40,826 nucleotides of DNA. Origin: a virus. Lineage: Duplodnaviria; Caudoviricetes. The DNA is taken from positions 1-40,826 of the IMG/VR virus record IMGVR_UViG_3300044454_000113. One strand, 5' to 3'. The notes below the pieces were generated by a model that had not been told where the DNA came from, made no database searches, and saw nothing but the letters and a program-made list of their open reading frames with translations. Each line of letters starts with the position of its first letter. Within the stretch, counting starts at the first letter, position 1. Shown here in pieces: positions 26,232 through 34,809 of the stretch. The translations under genes were made by a program, and so were the position numbers.

Positions 26232-28295
26232 ATGACGATGAGGTTCACGATTCCGATCTCAAAATTCGAGAAGCTCGAGGACGGTCGGATGAAGATCATC
26301 GGCCTCGCCTCCGATGAGACTCGCGACTCGCAGGGCGACGTCCTCGATTACGACGGGACGAAAAAGGCCGCTTCGTTCTGGCGCGGGAACATCCGCGAGG
26401 CGCACGACCCGAAAAAGCCGGTCGGGAAGGCGCTCAATCTGACGTTCGACGACAAGGCGCGAACCTTTGGCGTCGAGGCGTTCATCTCGAGTGGCGCGAA
26501 GGACACGCAAGCGAAGATCGAGGAAGGCGTCCTCGGATCGTTCTCGGTCGGCGGATCGAACCCGACGAAGGTTCGGATGACGAAGATCGGCGGGATCCCG
26601 ACGCGCGTCATCGAGGAGTGGCAGATGACGGAGCTCTCCGTCGTCGACGCTCCGGCAAACCCAAATGCCAATTTCGAGCTCGTCAAAGCGGACGGAGTCG
26701 CGACGGAGCTCCTCGCTGGCGAGCCGGAATCCCTCGAGGTTGCAACGAACCGATTCGCAAAGGCGATCCGGGCCGAGCTCGAGAAGAAAGCGGCCTCGGC
26801 ACCGCTCCCGGGCGACGCGACGACCGTCGAGGGGAAGAAGAAGGCCCCGGGCTCGGGCGGCCCGGAGTCGGCGGCCGCGAAGAAGAAGCCGGCCGAAACG
26901 GTCGAGGAGGACGACGCCGCCCCTGGAACGGTCGACCCGAACGGGAACCCGGCCGTCGGGGCCTCCGCCGAGGAGATCGTCGGCTCGAACCCGGCTCCGG
27001 GCACCGGGGCGCCCCAGAGCGGCCCGATCACGGACCCGCCGGCCGAGGGCGTCGAACCCGCCGGAGCGGCTCCGGGGACGGGCGGTGTGCAGTCCTCGGC
27101 CATCCTGGACACGGCCGAGGCCTCCGAGAACAAGAAACCGGCCCCGGGGACGGCCGGCGCGGATTCGCTCGCTCCGATCAATCCGCCGGCCGAAGACGTC
27201 GAGGCGGCCGGGGCGGGCACCGGCAAGGAGCCGGGGACGGAAGGCCCGGGCGGGGACGCGACCGAGGCGGGCCGAACAGGGGCGGGGGCGGACGACGCCT
27301 CGGACATGATCGACGGGACGCCTCCGGGCGATTGGAAGGGGACGCCAAAACCGCAGCCGAAAAAGAAGCTCTCGGGCAAGGCCGCGCCGGCGGATCTCGC
27401 GAAAGCCGCCGCGCGCCGGCTCGTCACGAAATACTTCTTCGGCGGCGAGTCTCAGGACATCGCCGATGCGGTCCGGATCCTCGAGCAGCTTGCGATGCTG
27501 TACGAGGCGGAGGCCGCCGAGGGCGAGGACGAGTCGACGCAGCTCGACCTCCTCGCTCAGATGATCGCGGCCGGCCAGCGGTTCGTCGCCCTCGAGGGGA
27601 TCGAGCTCGCCTCGGCCGCGCCGAGCTCGCCGGGTGCGGACAAGGCCGCCGTCGATATCAACGCGCAGAGCCCGCCCGACACGTCGATCGCCTACGCGGC
27701 CGGGTCCGAGGGCATCTCGAAAGACGACGAAGGTGTCGCGGAAGCAGTCGGCCCGACGTGTACGAAGTGCGGCGGCGTTATGTCGTGCCAGAAGTGCGCG
27801 AAGGCGATCGACGGCGGCGAGATTCCCGCCGAGGGATTCGACAACATCATGCCGACGACCGGGAAGGGCGCGCTCATGCCGCGGCTCCTCAAGGCCGTCG
27901 CAGCGAACATCGCGAAGCGTTACGCGCCGACGGCGACGGCCGGCGGCGAAGTGTTCAAGGTCAACAACGGAGACGAGCTCGCCGAGGGAATCGGCAAGGG
28001 CCTGTCGCTCGTGAACGAGGAGATCGCAAAGGCGAACGGCGAACTCAAGGAGTCCATCGGGCTCGAGTTCAAGGCCGTGCGCGAGTCGATCGAGAAGCTC
28101 GCGAAGACGGCCGCCGTACCGACGCCGCTCCGATCCGCCCGCGTCGCGGAGAAGTCGCCGATCGCGGACACCGAAGGCCTGGCAAGGGTCCGGACGCTCG
28201 AGTCCGCTCTCGCCTCAATCCAGAACCCGGAAGCCGCGGCCGAGCTGCAGAGGCATCTCGCCGTCGCCAGGGTCAACGCCGGCCTCCCGGCGTAA
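26232..28295 (+). CDS. Prohead protease fused to repetitive linker and scaffold-like C-terminus
   Basis: G.AS.E..D.QG, IREAH, SFSVGG, ELSVVDAPANPNA; AGAGGAG RBS; directly upstream of the capsid gene. Confidence 0.88.
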   Translation: MTMRFTIPISKFEKLEDGRMKIIGLASDETRDSQGDVLDYDGTKKAASFWRGNIREAHDPKKPVGKALNLTFDDKARTFGVEAFISSGAKDTQAKIEEGVLGSFSVGGSNPTKVRMTKIGGIPTRVIEEWQMTELSVVDAPANPNANFELVKADGVATELLAGEPESLEVATNRFAKAIRAELEKKAASAPLPGDATTVEGKKKAPGSGGPESAAAKKKPAETVEEDDAAPGTVDPNGNPAVGASAEEIVGSNPAPGTGAPQSGPITDPPAEGVEPAGAAPGTGGVQSSAILDTAEASENKKPAPGTAGADSLAPINPPAEDVEAAGAGTGKEPGTEGPGGDATEAGRTGAGADDASDMIDGTPPGDWKGTPKPQPKKKLSGKAAPADLAKAAARRLVTKYFFGGESQDIADAVRILEQLAMLYEAEAAEGEDESTQLDLLAQMIAAGQRFVALEGIELASAAPSSPGADKAAVDINAQSPPDTSIAYAAGSEGISKDDEGVAEAVGPTCTKCGGVMSCQKCAKAIDGGEIPAEGFDNIMPTTGKGALMPRLLKAVAANIAKRYAPTATAGGEVFKVNNGDELAEGIGKGLSLVNEEIAKANGELKESIGLEFKAVRESIEKLAKTAAVPTPLRSARVAEKSPIADTEGLARVRTLESALASIQNPEAAAELQRHLAVARVNAGLPA

Positions 28296-28307
28296 GGACG
28301 AACGAAC

Positions 28308-29906
28308 ATGAATCCCTCCGCAGTCACCGGGCTCCTCCGCGATCTCGGCGTCACCACGCCGGAAGCGACGGCGGCGCTCTCGAAGTCGATGCGTGCCGCC
28401 GCGAACGGCGAGTACGGCCTCCTCGACGGGTTCGGCAACAAGGTCGAGATCCGCAAGGACGCGACGAACAACCTCGGCATCACGACGCCTCTCGGCCTCC
28501 TCGGCGTTCCGCTCGAGGTCCCCGCGAAGCTCCTGTACGCCGTCCCGACCCCGCTCCGCAACCGCCTCCCGCGTGAGACGGTCGGCGGCGCGTCGGTCAC
28601 CTTCCGCAAGCTCACCGGCATCAACACCCAGAACGTGTGGGGCTCCGTCGCCGAGGCGACCGACTCCACGACCGGCCGCAACTCGCGCATCGCGTTCAAC
28701 GAGGTCAACGTCACCTACAACTTCAAGACGATCGAGGCCGAGTCGATGCTCACGCCGGAGGCCCTGTTCGGTTCGAACAGCCGCCTCACGCCCGGGCAGG
28801 ACTTCCAGGCCGAGGACGTCGCGCGGCTGACGCTCCTGCACGCGACGATGCTCGCCGAGGAGAAGATGCTCCTGGGCGGCAACGTCACGGCGCTCGGCCT
28901 CGTGGCGACCCCGACGATCGCCTCGCCCGTCGGTCTCGCGACCGGCATCGGCTCGCTCACCGCCTCGACCGGGTACTTCATCCGCGTCTCGGCGCTCACC
29001 CCCCAGGGCTACCTCTCGAACTCGACCGGCAACGGCGGCGCGGATGCGAAGGGCGAAACCCACGCGACGAACGAAATGTCGCGTACGACGGCCGCGGGCG
29101 GCAGCACTGGCGACAAGTCGATCAACGCGGTCTGGACGGCGGTCAAGGGCGCCGTCGCCTACAACGTGTTCTTCGGCACGACGACCGGCAATGCCAACTG
29201 CAAGTACATCGGCACGGTCTTCCAGAACCAGATCACGATCCTCTCGACGACGACCTTCTCGAGCGTCTACAACGCGGCGACCCCGGTCGCGGCGGACGTT
29301 CACTCGAACAACGTCGCCAACACGGCCGACCAGACGGCGAACGCGCTCGACTACGACGGCCTGATCGCGCAGTGCACGAAGACGGCGTACGCGCCGGGCT
29401 ACTCGGTCTCGCTCGACGGCGCAACCCTGACGACGGACGGCGCGGCCGGCGTGAACGAGGTCGACTCGGCGCTCAAGGCCTTCTACGACACGTACAAGAT
29501 CGGTCCCGACGAAATCTGGGTGAACACGACCCAGAAGAAGAAGATCGACCAGATCGTCGCGGGCTCCTCGGCGCCCGTCTTCCGGATCGACGCGGCCGCG
29601 GGCGAGCTGAACATCAAGGGCTCGTTCGGCGTCCGGTCGATCATGAACCGGTACATGGGCAAGGAGACGCCCGTGACGGTGCACCCGTTCCTGCCGCCCG
29701 GAACGATGCTGTTCGTGAGCTACGGCCTCGGGCCGTACTACGCGGCCTCGAACGTCGGCGACAACATCAAGGTGTTCCTCGGTTGGGACTACCGCTCGAT
29801 CACGTTCGGCCTGTCGAAGAGGGCCGTCGAGCTCGGCATGGATCTCAACGGCGCTCTCGTCGTCCACGCGAACTTCGCGCTCGGCTCGATCTACAACATC
29901 GTCTGA
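28308..29906 (+). CDS. Major capsid protein with inserted Ig/FN3-like domain
   Basis: LEVPAKLL..VPTPLRNRLPR, EEKMLLGGN, YDGLI, VHPFLPPGTM; strongest codon bias; followed by a terminator. Confidence 0.88.
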   Translation: MNPSAVTGLLRDLGVTTPEATAALSKSMRAAANGEYGLLDGFGNKVEIRKDATNNLGITTPLGLLGVPLEVPAKLLYAVPTPLRNRLPRETVGGASVTFRKLTGINTQNVWGSVAEATDSTTGRNSRIAFNEVNVTYNFKTIEAESMLTPEALFGSNSRLTPGQDFQAEDVARLTLLHATMLAEEKMLLGGNVTALGLVATPTIASPVGLATGIGSLTASTGYFIRVSALTPQGYLSNSTGNGGADAKGETHATNEMSRTTAAGGSTGDKSINAVWTAVKGAVAYNVFFGTTTGNANCKYIGTVFQNQITILSTTTFSSVYNAATPVAADVHSNNVANTADQTANALDYDGLIAQCTKTAYAPGYSVSLDGATLTTDGAAGVNEVDSALKAFYDTYKIGPDEIWVNTTQKKKIDQIVAGSSAPVFRIDAAAGELNIKGSFGVRSIMNRYMGKETPVTVHPFLPPGTMLFVSYGLGPYYAASNVGDNIKVFLGWDYRSITFGLSKRAVELGMDLNGALVVHANFALGSIYNIV

Positions 29907-29915
29907 CGTTCAACC

Positions 29916-29945
29916 GGCCCGGGAGCGGCGATCTCCCGGGCCTTT
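29916..29945 (+). terminator. Intrinsic terminator after the capsid gene
   Basis: GGCCCGGGAG-N7-CTCCCGGGCC-TTT. Confidence 0.7.
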
Positions 29946-29963
29946 ACCTCGAGGCGGCAACGA

Positions 29964-30569
29964 ATGGGCTCTGTCGATTGGAACGGGGAGATTTCGGGAT
30001 ACCTCAAGTCGATCGGGCAGCCTCCGCCCGGCGGCGCGGGGCCGATCCTCGACGCCCTCGGCTCGGCGTGCCAGGCGTCGGTCGAGAAGAAGATCGGCCG
30101 GACGCTCGCCCTCAAGGATTACATCGAGGTCTACACCGGCAACAACAAGCCGAAGCTGTTTCTCCGCCACGATCCGATCTGGACGCTCGCGAGCGTCTCG
30201 ATCAACGGCACGACGCAGACGGTCCAGCCGTCGTTCGTGGCCTCTCCGACATTCCCGCTTTCGACGATCGCGATCGATCCCGGCCAGGAGGCGATCGTTC
30301 TCACGAACGGCGACATCTTCGATGCCTCGCGGCCCCTCAACGTGATCGTCGCGTACAGCGCCGGACTGGCCGGCGGCGGCGATCTCACGCCGCCCGACGA
30401 TCTCGTCTTCGCGATCACCTATTGGGCCTCGATGCTGTTCCGCGACCGAGACCGCATCGGTCTCGGCTCGGACATGATCGGCGGTCAGCCGGTCGGGTTC
30501 GACCGGAAGGTCCCCGAACACATCCTCACGATGATCGCTCGCCGGCGGCGCGCGTTCCTGCCGAGCTGA
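29964..30569 (+). CDS. Head-tail adaptor/connector
   Basis: VEKKIGR..E.Y.G...LFLR..PI..V.ING...NV.V.Y.AG...P.DL; position after MCP. Confidence 0.8.
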   Translation: MGSVDWNGEISGYLKSIGQPPPGGAGPILDALGSACQASVEKKIGRTLALKDYIEVYTGNNKPKLFLRHDPIWTLASVSINGTTQTVQPSFVASPTFPLSTIAIDPGQEAIVLTNGDIFDASRPLNVIVAYSAGLAGGGDLTPPDDLVFAITYWASMLFRDRDRIGLGSDMIGGQPVGFDRKVPEHILTMIARRRRAFLPS

Positions 30570-30571
30570 CC

Positions 30572-31072
30572 ATGCTCGAGATCACGATCGACATCTCGCA
30601 GATCGCCGGCGCGGCCGATGCGTTCGGCCGGTTCCCGGAGAAGATGAAGGCCGCGCTCCGGACCGCGAACGTCGAATCGCAGCGGGAGCTTCTCAAAGAG
30701 GCGAAGGACCGCGTCCACGTCGTCACCGGAACGCTCCGGCGCTCGATCACGGCGCCCGCTCCGGAGGAGTTGCCCGATGGCTGGAGCGGTCGGGTCGGGC
30801 CCGGCGTCGTCTACGCCGCGATGGAAGAGTTCGGCTTCACCGGGCCGCAAGCCGTCCGGGCGCACATCCGGAGCTCCTGCTTCGGGCGCGCGACGAGGCC
30901 GTTCACGGTCCCGGCCCACATGCGGAACATCGTCCGGCGCGAGCATCCGTATCTCCGGCCCGCGGTCGTCGCGGCCAGGGACCGGATCCTCGAGATCCAC
31001 CGGAAGGCCGTCGACCGCGTCCTTGCAGACATCGGCTCGAGCTCGAGAGCGGGCGGAGGCGGTGAGGAATGA
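30572..31072 (+). CDS. HK97 gp10-like tail completion protein
   Basis: V.TGTLRRSI, VYA..EFG, HPYLRPA. Confidence 0.8.
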   Translation: MLEITIDISQIAGAADAFGRFPEKMKAALRTANVESQRELLKEAKDRVHVVTGTLRRSITAPAPEELPDGWSGRVGPGVVYAAMEEFGFTGPQAVRAHIRSSCFGRATRPFTVPAHMRNIVRREHPYLRPAVVAARDRILEIHRKAVDRVLADIGSSSRAGGGGEE

Positions 31073-31638
31073 GCGGTACGGATCTCCGCGAGAAGCTCCT
31101 GGCGCGCCTCCAGGCGTGCATCCGGACCCTTGCGCCGGGGGTCGTCTACTCGTTCCCGATGGGCCTGACTCACCGGCCGATCGTCTCGGACCTGGGCGGC
31201 GGGACCGACCCGTCCCTCGCGCGCGTCTTCTCGCGGATGCGCTCGGTCCAGAAGTTCGACATGACCGACCTCCCGGCGGTCGAGATCATCACGGCCATGA
31301 ACCAGCCGGACGTCGTCACGTTCCACGACGACAACCTCTTTCGTCGCGAGATCGCCGTCCAGATTTGGGCCTACGTCGCCGCCCAGGACGGAGGCGACGG
31401 GCTCGATGCGGTCGTCCGCCCCGACATGAACGAGCTCGTCGCGGATCTCCAGGTCGCCGTCGAGGCGTTTCCGTACTGGACGAACGGAGCGGACGTGACG
31501 GATCCGCTCTGGGCGACCCACGGACCGATCACGATCACCACGAAGGCTCAGTACACCGAACCCGCCGCCGAACAGGCGATCGGGATCCTCGTCCTCGACT
31601 ATTCGATCGCCTACTGCTTCCCGCGCCTCAATCCCTAA
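31069..31638 (+). CDS. Tail terminator-like protein
   Basis: Position before the tail tube; DLPAV.I and terminal beta strands. Confidence 0.6.
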   Translation: MSGTDLREKLLARLQACIRTLAPGVVYSFPMGLTHRPIVSDLGGGTDPSLARVFSRMRSVQKFDMTDLPAVEIITAMNQPDVVTFHDDNLFRREIAVQIWAYVAAQDGGDGLDAVVRPDMNELVADLQVAVEAFPYWTNGADVTDPLWATHGPITITTKAQYTEPAAEQAIGILVLDYSIAYCFPRLNP

Positions 31639-31656
31639 CGGAAGAAGGAGAGAACC

Positions 31657-32346
31657 ATGCTCATCACGATCGCGACCATCACCGGCGCCGGGATCTCGGC
31701 GGGCCTCGCCATGAAGATTCTCGCGCTCCTCTCTCTGTTCGTCGTCGGCGTGCTCACGTTCCCGACGGACCAGACGAACCAGGCGAACGTCTCGCGCGGC
31801 TCGGGGAAACTCTACTTCGCGCCGGCGACGGTCGCGGGAGCGGATCCCGGCACGATCACGGAGATCGGCCCGACCTCCGGCGGAATCGAATGGGACGGGA
31901 AGCGGACGCTCTCGAAGATCGAGTGCGACCAGCTCCTCAACCCGATCGGCGGGTTCCCGTCCGGGGAGGCCTGGCAGATCAAGGCTTCGTTCCTGAACGA
32001 CTTCTGGGCGAACCACTACAACCTGTGGTCGACCCTCGGCGCCGAGCAGTCGCCGATCTCACCGGCGAACGTCCTGACGGGCGGGACGCAGGCCTCGCCG
32101 GCCGGCAGCCTGACCTTCGGCGAGTCCGTCGCGCGGCGCTACATGCAGCTCATCTGGCGCGGGCCCGGACCGGGCGAGCAGGTGATCCGCACGATCCAGC
32201 TCTGGAAGTGCGTCCCGCAGGGCCCCGGCTCGGTCAAGTTCACGAAGAACAAGGAGCGGATCTACACGATCACGTGGGACGTCTACACCGACCCGGCCGC
32301 CGGCGCGGTGTCGCGCGGATACGTCGGGATCGGCATCGACGCGTAA
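31657..32346 (+). CDS. Major tail tube protein with N-terminal hydrophobic leader
   Basis: NV..G.GKLY.AP...IG.T.GG...I..DQ pattern; AAGGAG RBS; first ~35 aa hydrophobic. Confidence 0.78.
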   Translation: MLITIATITGAGISAGLAMKILALLSLFVVGVLTFPTDQTNQANVSRGSGKLYFAPATVAGADPGTITEIGPTSGGIEWDGKRTLSKIECDQLLNPIGGFPSGEAWQIKASFLNDFWANHYNLWSTLGAEQSPISPANVLTGGTQASPAGSLTFGESVARRYMQLIWRGPGPGEQVIRTIQLWKCVPQGPGSVKFTKNKERIYTITWDVYTDPAAGAVSRGYVGIGIDA

Positions 32347-32348
32347 AC

Positions 32349-32984
32349 GTGAAGCTCTCAACTCGTGAGGCGTTCACGCTCGAGCCGGTCGCGACGGTAA
32401 AGATCGGCGGGACGGACTTCCACGTTCCGCCGCTCACGTTCGGACGCCTCGACGAGCTCCTCGGCGCGGTCCGGAAGGCCAGGCTGTCGAGCCTGACCTG
32501 GTTCCCGACGATCCCTCCGGGCACATCGGCGGAGGAGATCGGCCGCGCGCTGGTCGATTTCCCGATGGAAGACTGGGAGCCGCTCGCCCTGGCGACGGTC
32601 CCCGGCCTCACTCCGGAAGCCTGGAAGAAGGCGACGCCGATCACGGTCATCGACCTCGTCGCCCACTTCATGCGGGTCCACGACTGGGAGTTCCTGCAGG
32701 AGAACCTTGGGATCGGCGAGGAGGGCTCCGAGGCGACCGATCTCGACTTCGAGGCGGCGCTCCTGAACATCGCGCGCGCTCTCGGGACGTCGATCGAGCG
32801 GCCGCTCGAGTACCGGGCGGAGGGGTTCTTCGTCGCGACGAACGCGATCCGGGGAGCGCGGGCCGCACAGGAGGCCGCAAACGAGCAGCTCGAGGCCGAG
32901 GCGGACGGCTGGACCGGGCCGCGGCCGATAGAGGAGCTCATCCCGATCGTCACGGCGCCGGCGCCGGAGGGCTCGGATGGCTGA
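32349..32984 (+). CDS. Tail assembly chaperone
   Basis: Between tube and tape measure; VKIGG..F.VPPLTF pattern; GTG start. Confidence 0.65.
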   Translation: MKLSTREAFTLEPVATVKIGGTDFHVPPLTFGRLDELLGAVRKARLSSLTWFPTIPPGTSAEEIGRALVDFPMEDWEPLALATVPGLTPEAWKKATPITVIDLVAHFMRVHDWEFLQENLGIGEEGSEATDLDFEAALLNIARALGTSIERPLEYRAEGFFVATNAIRGARAAQEAANEQLEAEADGWTGPRPIEELIPIVTAPAPEGSDG

Positions 32985-34809
32985 AAACGAATCGAACCTC
33001 GGCGCCAACATCAAGTCGAGATTCGACCCCAAGGGGACGGACGAGGCGAAGGGCGCCTTCCATAACCTGGCGACGGGCCTCGGCGCGAGCAAGGAGCAGG
33101 CGGACAAGCTCAAGGACTCGATGCGCGATCTTGCGAGCGCGCTCGGCCTGGTCGCGGGCGCCTCCGAGCTGCTCGAGTTCCTCAAGAGCGCGGCCGAAGA
33201 GGCCTACAACGACGAGAAGGCAATGCGCGCGGTCACCCAGGCCGCGATCACCTTCGGGGTCGACGTCGCCGCAACGCGGAAGGACGTCCAGGAGTTCACG
33301 GCGGCCCTGGCGATCCAGACGGGGGTCATCAAGGGCGACCTGATCGACGCCTACGCGAAGGTCTATCTGGCGAGCGGGGACCAGAAGGCCGCGATGAACG
33401 AGACGACGCTCGCGGCGAACATCGCGACGACGATGTTCAAGGGTGACATGGCGCCCGCGATGAAGCTCGTCCAGGCCGCCTCACTCGGCGTCGATCGCGG
33501 CTTCCGGCAACTGACCGGGCATGTAGTCGAGGGAACGACAGCCGCGGAGAAGAACGCGGACATGTCGAAGTTCCTCGTCGAGCGTTTCGGGGACGTCCGC
33601 AAGGCGACGGACGACGCCGCGATGTCCCAGGCGCGGGCCGCGCGCCGAATGGATGAGCTCAAGGAGTCGATCGGGTTCGTCCTGATCCCCGCCATCCACT
33701 GGCTTCGCGACACCTTCCTCACGATCCCGCGGACGCTCACGCTCATCTCGGACCTCTCCGTTGTCTGGGCGGACTCGATCGGTCGCGACGTCAAGGCGCT
33801 CGCGAATCTCCTCACCTACGTCTGGCAGAACCCTCTCTCGGCGTGGAAGTCCTACAACGCGGAGCGCCTGGCGAATCAGGTCGCGACGGACGCCGCGATC
33901 GTGAAGACCTACGAGACGAACCAGAGGGAGTTCGCCGCGAGCGAGGCCAAGAAGAACACGGCCGTCGTCACTGCGCTCGGGTTCCGCGGGAAGGAAGAGA
34001 AGAAGTCCACCGACGAGACGCTCCACTACGATATGAAGGCCTGGTACGACCATCTCGATGAGCAGGCGAGGGCGTTCGTAAAGAACCAGGAGTTCATGAA
34101 GAAGGAGGGCGACAAGCTCCGGAAATATACGGACACGGAGCTCAAGAAAGAGGCGGCCGCCCAAGAGAAGATCATGCAGGGGTCGACGAAGGCCCTGGCC
34201 GAACAGTACAAGAAGGACGCCGAAAATAAGCGCGCCTGGGCGCAGTACAAGCTCGAGCTCGAGGCGTCCGTCGTCGGCGGGACGCTCGAGATGGTCGGCA
34301 CGGCCTTCGGAGTGCAAAAGGAAATGGCGATGGCGGCCGCCCTGATCAACGCCGCCGGCGCGTTCATCTCCGCGCTCGCGGCTCCGTATCCGATGGACCT
34401 CATTCTCCCCGAGCTCGTCGCCGTCCAGGCGGCCCTGCAGATCGCGAAGATCGCGAGCTCGAGCGCGCCGACGGCCGGGAAGATCGACGCGACCGCGATC
34501 GCGACGCTCTCGGGAAGCTCGGCAGGGTTCGACGACGCCTCAAACGATCGGATGGCGTACCTCACGGGCCGGCGATGGGCGGCCGACATGGTCCGCGAGA
34601 TCGGCTCGGGATGGGCCGACGGCCTCGGCGGGACGCGGGCCGGGACGACGAACAACACGACGACGATCGACAACTCGAGGCGGACGACGATCAACGCCGG
34701 GCTCATGGACGCCTCGAATACCGAATCGGTCAAGAAGCTCATTCGGCAGATCCGGATGGTCGACTCGAACGTTCTCGGGCAGACGACCGTCGCCGCGAGG
34801 ACGCGATGA
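32977..34809 (+). CDS. Tape measure protein
   Basis: 610 aa, Ala/Lys-rich helical with hydrophobic C-terminal segments; canonical position. Confidence 0.85.
   Translation: MAENESNLGANIKSRFDPKGTDEAKGAFHNLATGLGASKEQADKLKDSMRDLASALGLVAGASELLEFLKSAAEEAYNDEKAMRAVTQAAITFGVDVAATRKDVQEFTAALAIQTGVIKGDLIDAYAKVYLASGDQKAAMNETTLAANIATTMFKGDMAPAMKLVQAASLGVDRGFRQLTGHVVEGTTAAEKNADMSKFLVERFGDVRKATDDAAMSQARAARRMDELKESIGFVLIPAIHWLRDTFLTIPRTLTLISDLSVVWADSIGRDVKALANLLTYVWQNPLSAWKSYNAERLANQVATDAAIVKTYETNQREFAASEAKKNTAVVTALGFRGKEEKKSTDETLHYDMKAWYDHLDEQARAFVKNQEFMKKEGDKLRKYTDTELKKEAAAQEKIMQGSTKALAEQYKKDAENKRAWAQYKLELEASVVGGTLEMVGTAFGVQKEMAMAAALINAAGAFISALAAPYPMDLILPELVAVQAALQIAKIASSSAPTAGKIDATAIATLSGSSAGFDDASNDRMAYLTGRRWAADMVREIGSGWADGLGGTRAGTTNNTTTIDNSRRTTINAGLMDASNTESVKKLIRQIRMVDSNVLGQTTVAARTR

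Noticed and set aside
28215-29867. 550-aa antisense ORF, and other long alternative-frame ORFs (e.g. 26618-28576, 30811-32016)
   Set aside because: Shadow ORFs produced by high GC and strong codon bias of the real genes; Arg-rich, no RBS or motifs.
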